From the NCBI GenBank assembly GCA_946965045.2, contig OX337236.1, positions 2,356,001-2,420,000 on the forward strand: a stretch of 64,000 nucleotides of DNA, given 5' to 3'. The stretch comes from Epithemia pelagica. Taxonomy: Eukaryota > Protista > Bacillariophyta. The position numbers and the translations under genes were made by a program. The notes under the pieces were generated by a model. That model had not been told where the DNA came from. It saw only the letters and a list, made by a program, of their open reading frames with translations, and made no database searches. This document shows positions 22,749-35,003 of this stretch, piece after piece (positions within the stretch are counted from its first letter, which is position 1; every line of letters starts with the position of its first letter).

Positions 22749-24420
22749 ATGCTAATGTCGACGCTAGAAATCACGCATTCTTGCCTGTGGCTGCTGGTGT
22801 TACTGGATCCGCAACTTGTGGTCGGCTTCACAGCCCCTGCCGCTCGATTATGGTCGTCCACTGAGTGCATGGCTCTGCACGGACGATCCTCCGGTAGCAG
22901 GTCGTCACACATGAGATGGGCAACTCGACTGTCGTCGTCGTCGTCCGAACCCGAACCGAACCTGACGAGTGACAAGACAAAACACAAGTTGATATATCAA
23001 CGATCGTTTTATCGGTTGCCCCTGAGTACGGCCGACTACGATCAAGCTGGTGATGACGAGGATGATTTGGCCTATCTGGAAATTCCTCAACCCATGGTGA
23101 TTGAAGAACGTGTGCGTTATCAGATCGTCGCTGACGACGACAAGGACGAATCTGATACAGATGACGATGATGGAGGAAAGACGGCGGTACCAATTGGTCC
23201 TCGTACGTTGATTTTGCGCGAAGGACAGGAAGAAGCGGGCAAAATTGGCAACGCCTTTTGTGCCATTCACCTCTATGAAAAGAATAACGAGCAATCCTCG
23301 CATATGCGACCAACTTCCACCGCCTCTTGGCGAGCCACCATGGCCCTGGCGCTCTATTTAAGTGCCAATCCTTCGAAACTCGTGAACGATCAAGTACTAC
23401 AGGTGGAATGTGGACTCGATTGGGGTCTTCCCACCCTCTTGGGGTGTCTTGGAGCCGCACAGGCTTTGAAGCAGCAACAACAAGTTGGGAGTGCCACTAG
23501 TGCACCCAAGGAGGAACAGGAGAATGCCGCTTGGTTGGGAGAATCATCGTTCAGTAGTGGTGACACCGTATTGTTTCCAGAGTCCGTGCGACAAATAACC
23601 TTGACGGACAGCAACGTGGAACAAGTCGAAGAAACCTTGAAGATGCTCAAATCCGCCGGTCTATTACCCTCCTCTACATTTTCTTCTTCCGGTAGTAGTG
23701 TTGTGGTAGAAGAAATGCAGTGGAATACCAGACGACAAACTCTTTCTTCCGCCAATAGCATGAGGATGAAGAAGGAATACAATACTATTATTGCTTCTGA
23801 CGGTCTGTATTCCACATACCCCGAAGCTAAGGAATTGGCTCGCACGGTGGCGCATTCACTCAAGGCCTCTCAACCGTTTTTTGTCAATGGTGCGTCTTGT
23901 TGTTGTTTGTTGGATGTGAATTCTGCACCAGTTGCATGACTCGCGTTTCTCATTTCTTGCCTTTTTCACATCAGTTGATTTGCAACGACAACCGATTCCT
24001 CGTTTTGTTCATTTGTCGAGCTATGATGATGGAGTTGGATCCTCGTCCTCGGCATGGTATTTGCAAAAAGTGTTGCAAGATGGATTCTTGATGAACACGG
24101 ACACAAGTATTTTGTCCATGGATCACATTCAATTTGACATCCAAACGGTCGACGACGACGCTAATCCAACAACTCCTGGTGCATCTGGTGGGGAGGAGTC
24201 CATAGCGACGGATGACGCGACAACGAATGTCGTACAACAACATTCCTCAACGGTGGTGGATGCCCACGAAGAGGCTCAACTAGATCCCTTGGTGCTAGAA
24301 GTACAAGATTGGAACACGTTGGAGTATCGAATCTTGACGGCACAACATCATCCCGATTACTTGGGTGGAGGGACGGGGGAATATTTTTTCCCACTTGAAA
24401 CGGGAGCCTGGGAACAATAG
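22749..24420 (+). CDS. Plastid-targeted, degenerate lysine-methyltransferase-like (Methyltransf_16-type) protein; exons 22749-23889 and 23975-24420
   Basis: Signal peptide + VVG|FTAP bipartite-like leader. WRATMALALYL, VLQVECG..G and IIASDGLY resemble family-16 motifs with an eroded glycine loop. Intron 23890-23974 (GTGCGT...CATCAG) keeps frame. Confidence 0.65.
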
Positions 24421-24617
24421 ACATACGAATCGGTTTTTAATGCTCGGAGATAAGGCCTTGCGACTTGCAAGCTATTGCTACTGACGTAGACAGCATAGCA
24501 AACTTAAACCACACTGAGTCGCGTTTACGAGAGATGAACATACGTGCATCTGCGTGCATGCTTTTTTGGCCCAGATGAGGTCGGAAGTCGGAACATTGAT
24601 GTGTTCCATCTTACATC

Positions 24618-25274
24618 ATGTTTGTTTCGCTATGGTTGAATATCTTTCTCTGGCTTGGTGTTTGTAGCTGGAAGACGTCGGGATTTCAACCCGTGCGGTT
24701 GGTTCCAAAAAAGCGCCATCGAATAGAATTTCTGGGGTCGCTCCGACTGCGGAGCTCAGATGATATTCGCAAGACGACTACGTGGTTACAGTCTTCTCCA
24801 CAAGACGAGGAAAATTTCACTACAAATGACAAACAGGAGCCTGGCGTCACTGATGGCAAGCCTTCTCTCGTTTCAGAATCGAACGACCCAACGCGACGTG
24901 CTTTGGTAGCACAAGGTGCCCTCAATGTTGTGACAAGTTTATGGAGTGCCTTTATCTTTACGTTTGGTGCTATATTTACGAGTGGTATGGTTCTCAATTT
25001 GTTTGGATATGGCTACACGGTTTTCCCTCCTCGGATTGAGCCTTTGGAGGAATTCCGCATGGAACGACAATTAATGGAACCATCCGCAAGCAACTCGATA
25101 TTTGCAACAGCAGGGGGAGGAGACGAAACCTTTGCCAATCAACTTAGGGTATTCTTCCTCCGTAATCCCTTCACTACAACTATTGTATTGCTGGGGATTG
25201 TGTTGGCCTATGAAGCGCTACTGGGCTACATTCAGAAATTCAGTTCTACCAATCAAGATAGAGACAACAAGTAA
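24618..25274 (+). CDS. Hypothetical plastid-targeted membrane protein
   Basis: Signal peptide followed by TSG|FQP. Two to three hydrophobic helices. No family recognised. Confidence 0.65.
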   Translation: MFVSLWLNIFLWLGVCSWKTSGFQPVRLVPKKRHRIEFLGSLRLRSSDDIRKTTTWLQSSPQDEENFTTNDKQEPGVTDGKPSLVSESNDPTRRALVAQGALNVVTSLWSAFIFTFGAIFTSGMVLNLFGYGYTVFPPRIEPLEEFRMERQLMEPSASNSIFATAGGGDETFANQLRVFFLRNPFTTTIVLLGIVLAYEALLGYIQKFSSTNQDRDNK

Positions 25275-25878
25275 GGTGGAAGCATTCCGATTCAATGTTA
25301 CTTCAAGAAAAATGTGGACTTGGAAAGCTAGTCTCTACCTCATCATTGAAGATGTGTTTCAAGTTGAGGAGTGTTGTTCGTCCCGAGTTTTGTCATGATT
25401 TTTGTTCTCCGAAAAGGATACAGTTGTCAAAGCAGCTTCTTTTCTCTCTGGGTCACCCAATAGACTCCATCTCTTGCAAGTCGCTACGGATACCCACATC
25501 CGTAAATTCTAGGAGTAGTGTACTTGTTGTGTTGGGTAAAACATCGGAAGAATCAAGACTTGTAATCCCAACTTCTCTTGGGCGACGGTATTTTTTGCGA
25601 GATGCCCCCATGGCCTTTCGTCTATGTATTGGATCATGCGGAGAGTGATAGTCCTCCCAGTCGACGACTGACGTGGCATAGATATGTATCCCAGCGGTCG
25701 TTAGTTATCAGCAATTGTTTATTTCCAGCTTCAACCATTTTTAATGAGGTATTCGCCCTAGGGAGTAGCATCGAATCTTTGAGAAACGCGGCGCATGGCG
25801 GTCCATGTCATCAAGGTACCTCAAACCTCCACAGTCCACGGCCTCATACCTGACCATTTACCATTTTGGAGCTAGCCA

Positions 25879-27561
25879 GTGAATACCCGCAACTCTTACC
25901 TACCACTCGTAATTCTCTGTCTGTTGAAATCGACTACATCGTGTGATCCAACCATGAGCCAAAACAATTGGAATGACGAAAATGGCATGACCACAGCTTC
26001 TGCTTCACTCATTGTCTTGGAAGATTTTTCCAACCCACATCATACATGGGAACAAATGAATGATCCAGTCATGGGAGGCCAGTCGGTGGGCACATTCACT
26101 ATTGACGAAGACGCTGGTACAGGAAACTTTGAAGGCATTGTTCGAATTGTTCCCTTTTTGAAGGCGCCCGGTTTTATCAAGGCCGAAACCAAGGCACCGT
26201 CCTCCTTCCCCGATGTTTCGTCCTGTCAAGGATTGCAACTGGTCTTTGATGCATCCAGTGAGCAACTCGAGTACTCGGGATATCGAGTGAGTTTTGGGCA
26301 CAATCGTCCACCCGATGCCTTTCCCTTCACCTATGGATACAAGGCGGACTTGAAACTGGATCCTTCTTCTCAAAAGGTAGGGGAAGACATTGTGGCCCAG
26401 TTGCCATTTGACAGTTTTACCTACAAGTGGGATGCGGGTACCGGCGATGCCCGGGTCACTTGTGAAGAGGATATTACGTGTTGCCCAGACGAAGAAACTC
26501 TGGCAAGGAACTTTTATTCAATTGTCATCTGGGGACATGGTGTTGAGGGAGACGTGGAGTTGAAAATCAAGCAAATCTCGGCTTATGATTGCTTTGCTTC
26601 GGACTCGGCTTCGTCCTTTACGACCAAGACTGCAAGTGCTTTGGATGCTGAACAACAGGATACTGTAGTGGAATCAAACAAGGATGGGTTACCAGAAAGT
26701 GGTGGCGACGAAATTGTACTGGAAGACTTTGGTCGACCTATGAATGAATGGGTGACTCTGAATGATCCAGTCATGGGTGGAAAATCAGAAAGTTCTCTGA
26801 CCATTGCCAATGGAGTGGCACACTTTCAAGGCCAATGCAACATTGTTCCTTCGTTGCAGGCACCTGGGTTCATTACGATGAAAACGGGAGGGTACATGCA
26901 ACCCGATGCTATCTTTCCCGACGTTTCGTCGTGTCATGGGCTGAAGTTGGTGTTCCGTAGCACCACTGCAGCCGACTATACGGGTTATTATGTGAGCTTT
27001 GGAACGATTCACTTGCCCGAAGGAGGACATGCCAGTGGATTCAAAATACCCCTGCAGAATGTTCCTACCGGGGGCAGTGATGGCCCTGAAGGTGGCTTTG
27101 GACACGTGATTTTGCCCTTCTCCGACTTTAGTGCAAAATGGGATGAAGCGACTGGACACATTCTAGCGCCCTGTGGCCCAGACGAGAATTCAAAATACTG
27201 TCCTGACGACGAGACCTTGAAAGATATGAAAACCATGTCCATTTGGGGCGAAGGAGTGGAAGGGACGGTGGATTTGGAGATCCAGTCAATTCGTGCAGTC
27301 GGATGTGCGTCGGCAACAACTTCCTCCGTGTCCTATATGCGAGCAAACGATATTGTCCAATCTCCGATCGCTGGTGGTTCTGCAGGACACACTTTGGTGG
27401 GCGTAATCGTCTTGATTGCTGTATTTTCTCTATTTATCGTTTTTAAGAGGTACACGTATACAAGAAGCACCGGAGGAAGCCATTCGTCTGTACACCAGAT
27501 CCAGAAGAATCGATCTGAATACATGGAGGTGAATACACCATCCGCCGACGGACAGTGCTGA
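25879..27561 (+). CDS. Protein with two tandem CIA30/carbohydrate-binding-like domains and a C-terminal TM helix
   Basis: Two repeats of LEDF...W...NDPVMGGxS...F.G....VP.L.APGF, plus a C-terminal TM helix (LVGVIVLIAVFSLFIVF). Start uncertain: GTG 25879 with a signal-like stretch, or ATG ~25953. Confidence 0.8.
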   Translation: MNTRNSYLPLVILCLLKSTTSCDPTMSQNNWNDENGMTTASASLIVLEDFSNPHHTWEQMNDPVMGGQSVGTFTIDEDAGTGNFEGIVRIVPFLKAPGFIKAETKAPSSFPDVSSCQGLQLVFDASSEQLEYSGYRVSFGHNRPPDAFPFTYGYKADLKLDPSSQKVGEDIVAQLPFDSFTYKWDAGTGDARVTCEEDITCCPDEETLARNFYSIVIWGHGVEGDVELKIKQISAYDCFASDSASSFTTKTASALDAEQQDTVVESNKDGLPESGGDEIVLEDFGRPMNEWVTLNDPVMGGKSESSLTIANGVAHFQGQCNIVPSLQAPGFITMKTGGYMQPDAIFPDVSSCHGLKLVFRSTTAADYTGYYVSFGTIHLPEGGHASGFKIPLQNVPTGGSDGPEGGFGHVILPFSDFSAKWDEATGHILAPCGPDENSKYCPDDETLKDMKTMSIWGEGVEGTVDLEIQSIRAVGCASATTSSVSYMRANDIVQSPIAGGSAGHTLVGVIVLIAVFSLFIVFKRYTYTRSTGGSHSSVHQIQKNRSEYMEVNTPSADGQC

Positions 27562-27734
27562 GTACACGAAGGTCGTCACCCGCTCACACAAACATAAGAT
27601 TGTTATAGACATTCCATGCACGGATTACGTCTTTTAGGACCAGGAGGAGTTCTATAGTAACAGCCATACCACCAACTCGCATCAGACTTTTTCTTTTCGC
27701 TACAGCCTTCACCAATCTGTCATCTGCCGTTGTA

Positions 27735-29451
27735 TCATGAATCTGTAAACATGCTGTTGCGAAATGAAATTCGTCGTCCCTCCGTCTGAATCGCTTCCAG
27801 AAAAGGGAAACGTTCAGCGCGTATTTGCCGCCACGCCAGTTTACTTTTCTTTACCATCTTGCGCGTCTCCAACTCTTTTTCCCGCTCCTGTCGGTTGGGA
27901 TCGATCACGATATCATACACGTCACTGGACGCATCCAAGAAAGAATCCCATACGGATACAAATTCCCTGTCCGCCAGGTCACCGTTTCTAGCGCGGACCT
28001 TTTCATACAGGTCAACGCGTTGTCGAATCTGAGCCGCTTCCTTTCGTTTGTTCTGGGCTTCCAATGCCGTTATCAAGTGACGATTCAAGATAATGGTTTC
28101 TTCGTGTTGTGGACCAATGTCTGGAGATTCTGTTCGCAAGCGAATCAATTGGCGTAGAGTCACCTCTGCCCAAACCCACAACTTGTGCTTGAGAAACAAA
28201 CCCGCTTCCGCAAAATAGTTCACTATGTATTTCTCGTGATACCTGCAAAATACAACAAGAGAGAAGAAGAAAACGAGTTTGGAAATGTGAAATGTCAGTT
28301 CGAAAACCTTCATCTACCTCTCAGCATAACAAACGATGCACGTACCATTCAAGATGTTCCAAGGGCGTTTCCGCCACGGCTTCTTCTGCCACTACAATGA
28401 GTTCTGCCATGGTATTGCGATCAACCCCGTCGAGCGCATCAAACTCATCGGCAAAAGAGTCCGTACTGTATTCCAGGCAATGTCGGTAGTGACGAAATCC
28501 ATCCACTCCACAAATCCTCCACATCGGAAACAAGTGAACCTGTATTTCACATATATGGCTTCGAAGTTCGACATTGATGATGCAATCACGATATCCACCA
28601 GCCTTTGGATGATAGTCCGCCTTCAAAGTAGACATTTTAACACGACGGATCCAGCGACCGAAAGATTCACGAGCTAATTCTAACAGTGCAAGTAGAGCTG
28701 GAATGTCTTGCACAACGATCATGGCTCGGCAAAAGTCTGTGACCTTGAGAATGTCACCATTGTATTTTTGTTCCGCCTTTCGCAAGGCCGCTCTAGCCTC
28801 CTTCACAGGTCCGACACCCACTTCTTTCAACCCCAAGTCACCCGCAAGTGCTTTAACCACCTGAATTAACTTGGGCTTCACAGCCTCAGCAGTGGCAACT
28901 AAATCTTTTATCACCTGGGTACGGGACATGGAAGCATATTCAGGCCGATCAATCTGGGTCAGTTCCTTATCCGGATTGTCATAGTAGTGACCCTTTTCAT
29001 TTTTTGTTGTGACACCCGAATCCTTCAATCCAGTCATGCTGTTCATGTATGGATAGACCGAATCAAGTTGCATTTGTCGAAAGACATGGTCGTACTTCCG
29101 ACGATCTCGCATCACACTGCAGAGCATACGATAAAAATCCCATGAATCTTTCATGACTGCACGGCGTCCCGCAATTGCTTCCAAAGCATCTTCTTCATTC
29201 TTTTCGTCTTCATCGGTACTTTCGGGTTTGCTAATCACGTATCCTTTTTCGTTGTCAGCTTTTTTCATGGCGGAATAGAAAATACGTGCGCCACGTTTTT
29301 CACCCGGTTGGCTTCGGTCATTTTGACTCGTTCCGGATGCAGTGCGAATCAGTTTTGTATCACTGTAGTCAAGGTTGCTTTGAGCGGCTGTCAATTCATG
29401 AAAGGAATTCATCTCAGAAGAACGGCGATCATGGTCGCTGTTGTTCTTCAA
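27735..29451 (-). CDS. RelA/SpoT-synthetase-like nucleotidyltransferase + helical/TPR-like C-terminus, paralog A; exons 29451-28346 and 28242-27735
   Basis: Motifs VGPVK...RKAEQKY.GD...VTDFCRAMIV, GGYRDCIINVEL, HICEIQVH. Intron 28345-28243 (GTACGT...TTGCAG) splits a Trp codon in frame. Confidence 0.75.
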
Positions 29452-30459
29452 GGATGATCTGTCGTTATTTTCTTTATTCGATTTGTTTCTCTACCAGTTT
29501 TTCATTTATTTCCACAATGAATTATGAGAGAAAAGAAAGCATTCCATTAGATGTGTTTCCAAAAGTGCCCTCTCAATCTGTTGACATGGTCTCAGTCGAT
29601 TATGTTGATGTTACCTTGCGGGAAAAAAGGCTCCGAATTGGACCACCACAGGATTTGCTTCGAGGGGCCTCGCCGGTGTATTCATCTTGTTCTCCTTCAT
29701 AGTATGATTTCATTTGTGTGGGGTGTAAGGGTCCTGCAGAAGATGTGTTTTCGCGTGTGCTCGCCATTGTAGTCCTGGCGAGTTAGGATGGTCTTCCGCT
29801 GAGATTAGAGTCAATTCACAAATGCGTTATCACTGCTGTTGATTGCTTCTGAGATATCTGGTATAATCGAAAGGTTGCCAATGGATCTGTAACTATTATT
29901 GGCAATGTTCTGGTCGGAGCGGAAGGAAAAGACCTCCTGCAGGATGGAGATGCTACACCGTACACCGTCACACACCTGGAACTACCCTCTCCCATGGGGA
30001 GGCAACTTTGATTTTCATGTGAGGCGCGAAAATTTTGTACCTCGGTCGGCGTGATATCGTCACGTAAAATAATTAACACGATCTGATACATCAACAGGCA
30101 TTCTTGGGGTTTATTATCATGCGCGGCAGCCTACCAACGCGTACCCTTCCAGACTCAGTCCCATGAAGCGCCCTGTGACTGGACAGCAAATAATTACAAA
30201 TGGAAGAAGCACAACTCCCACCACTATTTTTGAAGACCACCACCTATTTTTGAAAAGCAACAATGGCGAACTCCATGGGAAGGTTCCAGCATGACAGTCT
30301 CATTCCACACACTGGTTTCATTCTGCATAGTTTCTCTTTCCCACGCAGGGATTTTATTAGAGAGTCATGTTTCTTGTTGACCATGGAAACGCTAGGAATA
30401 CAGACTACACGACAATCAAATTAACGACGTAAAGGGATCTGTGTGATGGGACGTGGGCC

Positions 30460-33269
30460 TCAGTGCGATGTCACTGTGGTAACACCGCCTCCTGCCATCG
30501 AATCATCCGCTTTCTTCTCATCCATACTACCTTCGACACTGCCATTTTGGATACGGTCAGACTCCTCTGCCTCGGCGTCAGCATCCAAGAATGGGAAGCG
30601 TTCTGTCCTGATTTGTCTCCAAGCTCGTTTGCTAGCTTTAACCTCTTTGCGCAGTGCTTCTTCTTTTTCACGGTCCTTACGATTGGGATCCATAATCAAG
30701 TCATAAGCATCGTTCGAGGCAGTCATAAAGGAATCCCACAAGGACTGTTCAGCTTCGGCAACTTCTTTGGATCGTGCCTTTTCGTACATTTCAATTCGTG
30801 CTTGAATTTCCTCCGCCTCGGCGTGTTTGTTTTGTGCTTGCAACACTCGAACCAAGTAAAGGTTCAGAATGATAGTCTCATGATGTTGTGGTCCAATGTC
30901 GGGAGATTCAACGCGCAAGCGAATCAATTGTCGAAAGGTCACTTCCGCCCAAACCCACAAGTCATGCTTCATAAACAAGCCAGCTTCGGCAAAGTAGTCC
31001 AAAATAAATTTCTCGTGGTACCTAAAATTGAAACGTGAGCAAAACTCTTCTTTCTGTCGGATGAACATGGTGGCCATAAGCAGTCCAATAACTTACCATT
31101 CGAGATTTTCGAGAGGGGTTGCAGCCACGGCCTCTTCCGCCATAACGATAAGCTCAGCCACGGTTTTGCGATCCAAACCATCGAGCGCATCGTAGGCATC
31201 GGCAAAAGAATCGGTGCTATATTCCAAACAGTGTCGGTAGTGACGGAAGCCATCTACACCACAAACCACCCACATGGGCCACAAATGCACTTGAATTTCG
31301 CAAATGTGTTGTTTCAATTCTACGTTGATTATACAGTCACGGTAGCCACCAGGCTTGGATTTGTAGTCAGCTTTCAAAGTCGACATTTTCACTCGACGGA
31401 TCAAGGGACCAAAGGAGTCTCGCGCTAATTCCAGCAATGCCAAAAGTGAAGGGAAATCTTTCACCACCAACATGGCACGACAAAAGTCGGTGACTTTCAA
31501 AATGTCTCCACTGTATTTCTTTTCTGCCTTCCTAAGAGCCGCAGTGACTTCTTTCACTGGTCCAACTCCCACTTCCTCCATTCCCAGACTTCCAGCCAAA
31601 GCTTTACAAATCTCCACCAAACTCGGCATTACTACTTGAGCCTTGTCCGCCAAATCTTGAGCCACTTCGGTCCTTGTCATGGCAGCGTATTCTGGCAAAT
31701 CAGTTTGAATCACTTCCTTGTCGGGGTTCTCATAGGCACCATCTTCACTTGAAGATACCACGCCAGAATCGTTTAATCCAGTCATACTGTTCAAGTAGGG
31801 GTAGACTGAATCAAGTTGCATTCTACGGAATACCTCGTCGTACTTGTGTCGATCTCGAAGCAAACTACAAATCATTCGATAGAAATCCCAGGAGTCCTTG
31901 ATGACTGCTCGGCGTTTCGCAATCGCTTCCAAAGCTTCTTCTTCGGACTCGTCCCAGTCATCATTAAGTTTCTTCTGAACCGCATAGTAAATGCCTCCAG
32001 CCCCACCCATACCTTTTTTGCCACCAGGCAGGGCTCCGGCGCGAATCAACTTGTTGGAATAATTTGCCAGGTTCAAGTACGATTCTTCAATATTCTCCAA
32101 CTCTTTCTCTTTCATTTGCTCTTTGTTCCAGTGAGATTTGCTCTAAGCGCGGTCGAGAAGAAAGAACGTATGAGTTTCCCTTTCTTGTCAACGAGAAATC
32201 GTCTACGCGACACCCAATATGGACCTACCTTTCTGGACAAAAGTCCAGCAACACCGCGTTTACTATCTTTCTTCGCCAACATGATCTGGAATGCTTCCAA
32301 CCAGGCAATGGCGGTTCGCTGTTCACAGGCCACGAGATTTACTTCTTTGCCATCATCGCCGGTGACAGTAATTCCACGTCGAGTTGGGTCATTACTAGCC
32401 GCCTTTGCCTGTTCTACAATCATGCTACCAAGGAAAGTGTTGCTAAAGTCGGTTTTGGCATGAGGTTCCGTCAAACATTTCAATTCTCGATTGGAGGTGT
32501 CCAGTTGATAAATAAGGATACCCTCCGGTATACGATAATATCGTTGTTCATGCCGAATTTCTCGCTCCTTTGCTTGCTTTGTTTCGCGTTTCAATTGTGA
32601 ATACGCTTTGCGCGCTTCCTTTGCCGCTTGTTTTCGCTCTTCATATTCTCTCATTTTTTCTTGATCCACGGCCTCCACGTCGACTAGCTTCTTCTTCCGG
32701 AAACATTGCCACCATTTGGCCTTTGGCTGCTCTTGTTGTTTCTCAAACACGGGCTTCAGGGGTACTCTCATTCGCTCCTTCATAGATTCAGTCGTACCAA
32801 CCGACATGTCATCGTTCCCTTGCAGTAAGTCAATCGACGCCTGTAACTCAATAGCATTCTTGCCTTGTCCATCCTGAGGTGGCCAACTATACGCTGGGTC
32901 CACAAATGCGGCTTCCAAAATGGTTCCCGGTCCTCCACTGGAAGATTTTTTACTCCTTTTACTCTTTTCTTCGGTACCGCTGGATTTCTGAGACGCAGCT
33001 GCTGCAGCAGCAGCCTCTCGCTCCTTGTTTCCTTGCGAAATCACATCCTCTTCTTCGGGCGAGATGTCCATGAGACTCAACGCATGTGCTTCCGCTTGAT
33101 CAGGATCTTGACTGTCCAGTTCTTCCTTAGCGGACTCGACACGTTCAATATATTCTGGTGTGTGAAACGCCAATTGTTTGGCATTCCCCATATCGTCACC
33201 TACTTCGACATAGCTGTCGGCCTGTTGCAGATACTGCGTATCGATTTCTCGTTGTTCTTCGGCTCCCAT
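30460..33269 (-). CDS. RelA/SpoT-synthetase-like nucleotidyltransferase, paralog B, with N-terminal coiled coil and PH-like domain; exons 33269-32229, 32142-31097, 31021-30460
   Basis: Same synthetase-like motifs (VGPVK, VTDFCR, GGYRDCIINV, CEIQVH). PH-like segment GILIYQLD...GITVTGDDGKEVNLVACEQRTAIAWLEAF. Introns 32228-32143 and 31096-31022 keep frame; the latter is at the same codon as in paralog A. Confidence 0.75.
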
Positions 33270-34106
33270 TTTCTTACTGGATTGCGCCTCAGTACAGGGT
33301 TTCACGCTTATAGTTCCGAAGATTGCCGTCTCAGCGATACTTTTGCTTATTTGTGTTTTGGAGAACAAGTTTCTTGCTTCACCAATACTCCGTCGTGAAA
33401 GGTAGGACTGAGATGACAACCAATGCAACTACCACACCGTTGCGGATTTCAAAACTCAGTGAAACGAAATTGGACCCTCGCAACACAAGAATAGGATTTC
33501 CGTTAGGTTTCGGCGACAACGGACAGCGAAATCGACAGAGACTGGCGGAACGAGTCACCTTGAGGTGCTCCGTCACGTTGGCGTTGAATGAGAGTCGATA
33601 AGAGTCCACACATACAAAACGAACGAGGACTGGAACAACGAAAAAGTGAAGGTTCTGTCATTTCGTTGTTTGTTGACGTTATCTATCTTAGAGGCATATT
33701 CCGAGAGCGCCAGTCAACATTGGCATCCTACATAATACACAAGAATGGCACCACATAATTTCGAATACATAGAGAATGCAAGACCAAAAGCTGGAGAAAT
33801 GGCGCACCGGTATTCAACGGATAGACCACATAGACCATTCTCGGCTAGGTGTACGCGCCGGCACAAGTGCACTTTTCAATCAAGATCGACCATGGCGTAT
33901 CTTCTCAATTACGGATCTTGTGGTCACACAATTGGTTGACTGCATCTCTCTCTCTAGGAGTTTGAGTTTGAAAACCGACACAGATTGCAAATTTCGCAGT
34001 CAGTCGACGCGCATCGTAGTCAGAAAGAAGTTGCACTATTTTCGATAAGAAAGCGAGAAGATCATTTTATGTCGATCTGAGGGACTACTATGTGTCATGT
34101 ACTGCT

Positions 34107-34713
34107 CTACTTGTCGATCTTCTTGGATTTGACCTTGTTTTCTTCGTCACTGGCACTTGCATCTCTCGCGTGCTTTCCCACTACCACGCTGGAGAGAGAA
34201 GATTTTGCGTGATTCTCGTCTTTCTTTTCCGTCTCTTCCATGGGAGGTTCGTCTTTCTTCTCCGTTTCTTCCTTGGGATAGTCATAGTTGAGCATCCACT
34301 GAACACCAAACCTATCCTTACAGGTGCCATAATACGACCCCCAAAACTCGTCTTTCAAGGACGATAGAATCGAGCCCCCCTCGTTGGTCAAAGCGTTAAA
34401 GATTTTGTCGGCTTGTTCCTTGGTATCCGGGAGCAATGAAACATGCATATTCGACCCCACATCAAAACTTGTGGGAAGTCTCAGTCGGAATGACATCACT
34501 TCCCATGAGATCCATATTCTCTCCCAATGGTAGAGAAACATGCATGATACGTGACTTGTGCTTGGGATCGACTTTCCAGGCAGTCCCTGCGGCCGCACTT
34601 GGCACGTCGGCAAAGGTCATTCTGGTATGGAACTCACCACCAAAGATGGACTTGTAAAAGTCAAAGGCTTCGCCACAAGAACCGTCAAAATTGAGATAGA
34701 TGTTGGTCTTCAT
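34107..34713 (-). CDS. PhnB-like VOC/glyoxalase family protein, split by a +1 frameshift at TTT-TGA (~34462-34467)
   Basis: YLNFDGSCGEAFDFYKSIFGG, RIMHVSL, LMGSD in frame 1. SLLPDTKEQADKIFNAL..GG.....L...FWGSYYG.CKDRFGVQWMLNY in frame 2. Removing one T fuses them as HKFDVGSNMH. Confidence 0.85.
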
Positions 34714-35003
34714 GTCGTGGGTAACTGTCAATTGGCCTTTCACCTTTTTTGTGTGCGCAAGGATAAAAGGACAACAAAATTTGATGCCGAAAAGAAGGAA
34801 TGACGCAAATTTTGGCCTTCGTGAAGCTGGTCCCGTGGCATCCCTTCTGTCAATATGTCTCAACACGCTAACTACGTGGCAATATTTTATGCAATGCTCA
34901 TGGCCGTCTGTCCGTCGTTCTGAGTTGGTCTTTTGCGACAAGCACAACACCCTCATTCCTTTATTTAGCTTCGATCTAGCGTTCATACTTCGTTGATATC
35001 ATC

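Noticed and set aside
25540-25660. Remnant of a diatom LRR-family C-terminus (GRRYFLRDAP / WPFVYVLDHA)
   Set aside because: Too short and split across frames to call without a homology search.
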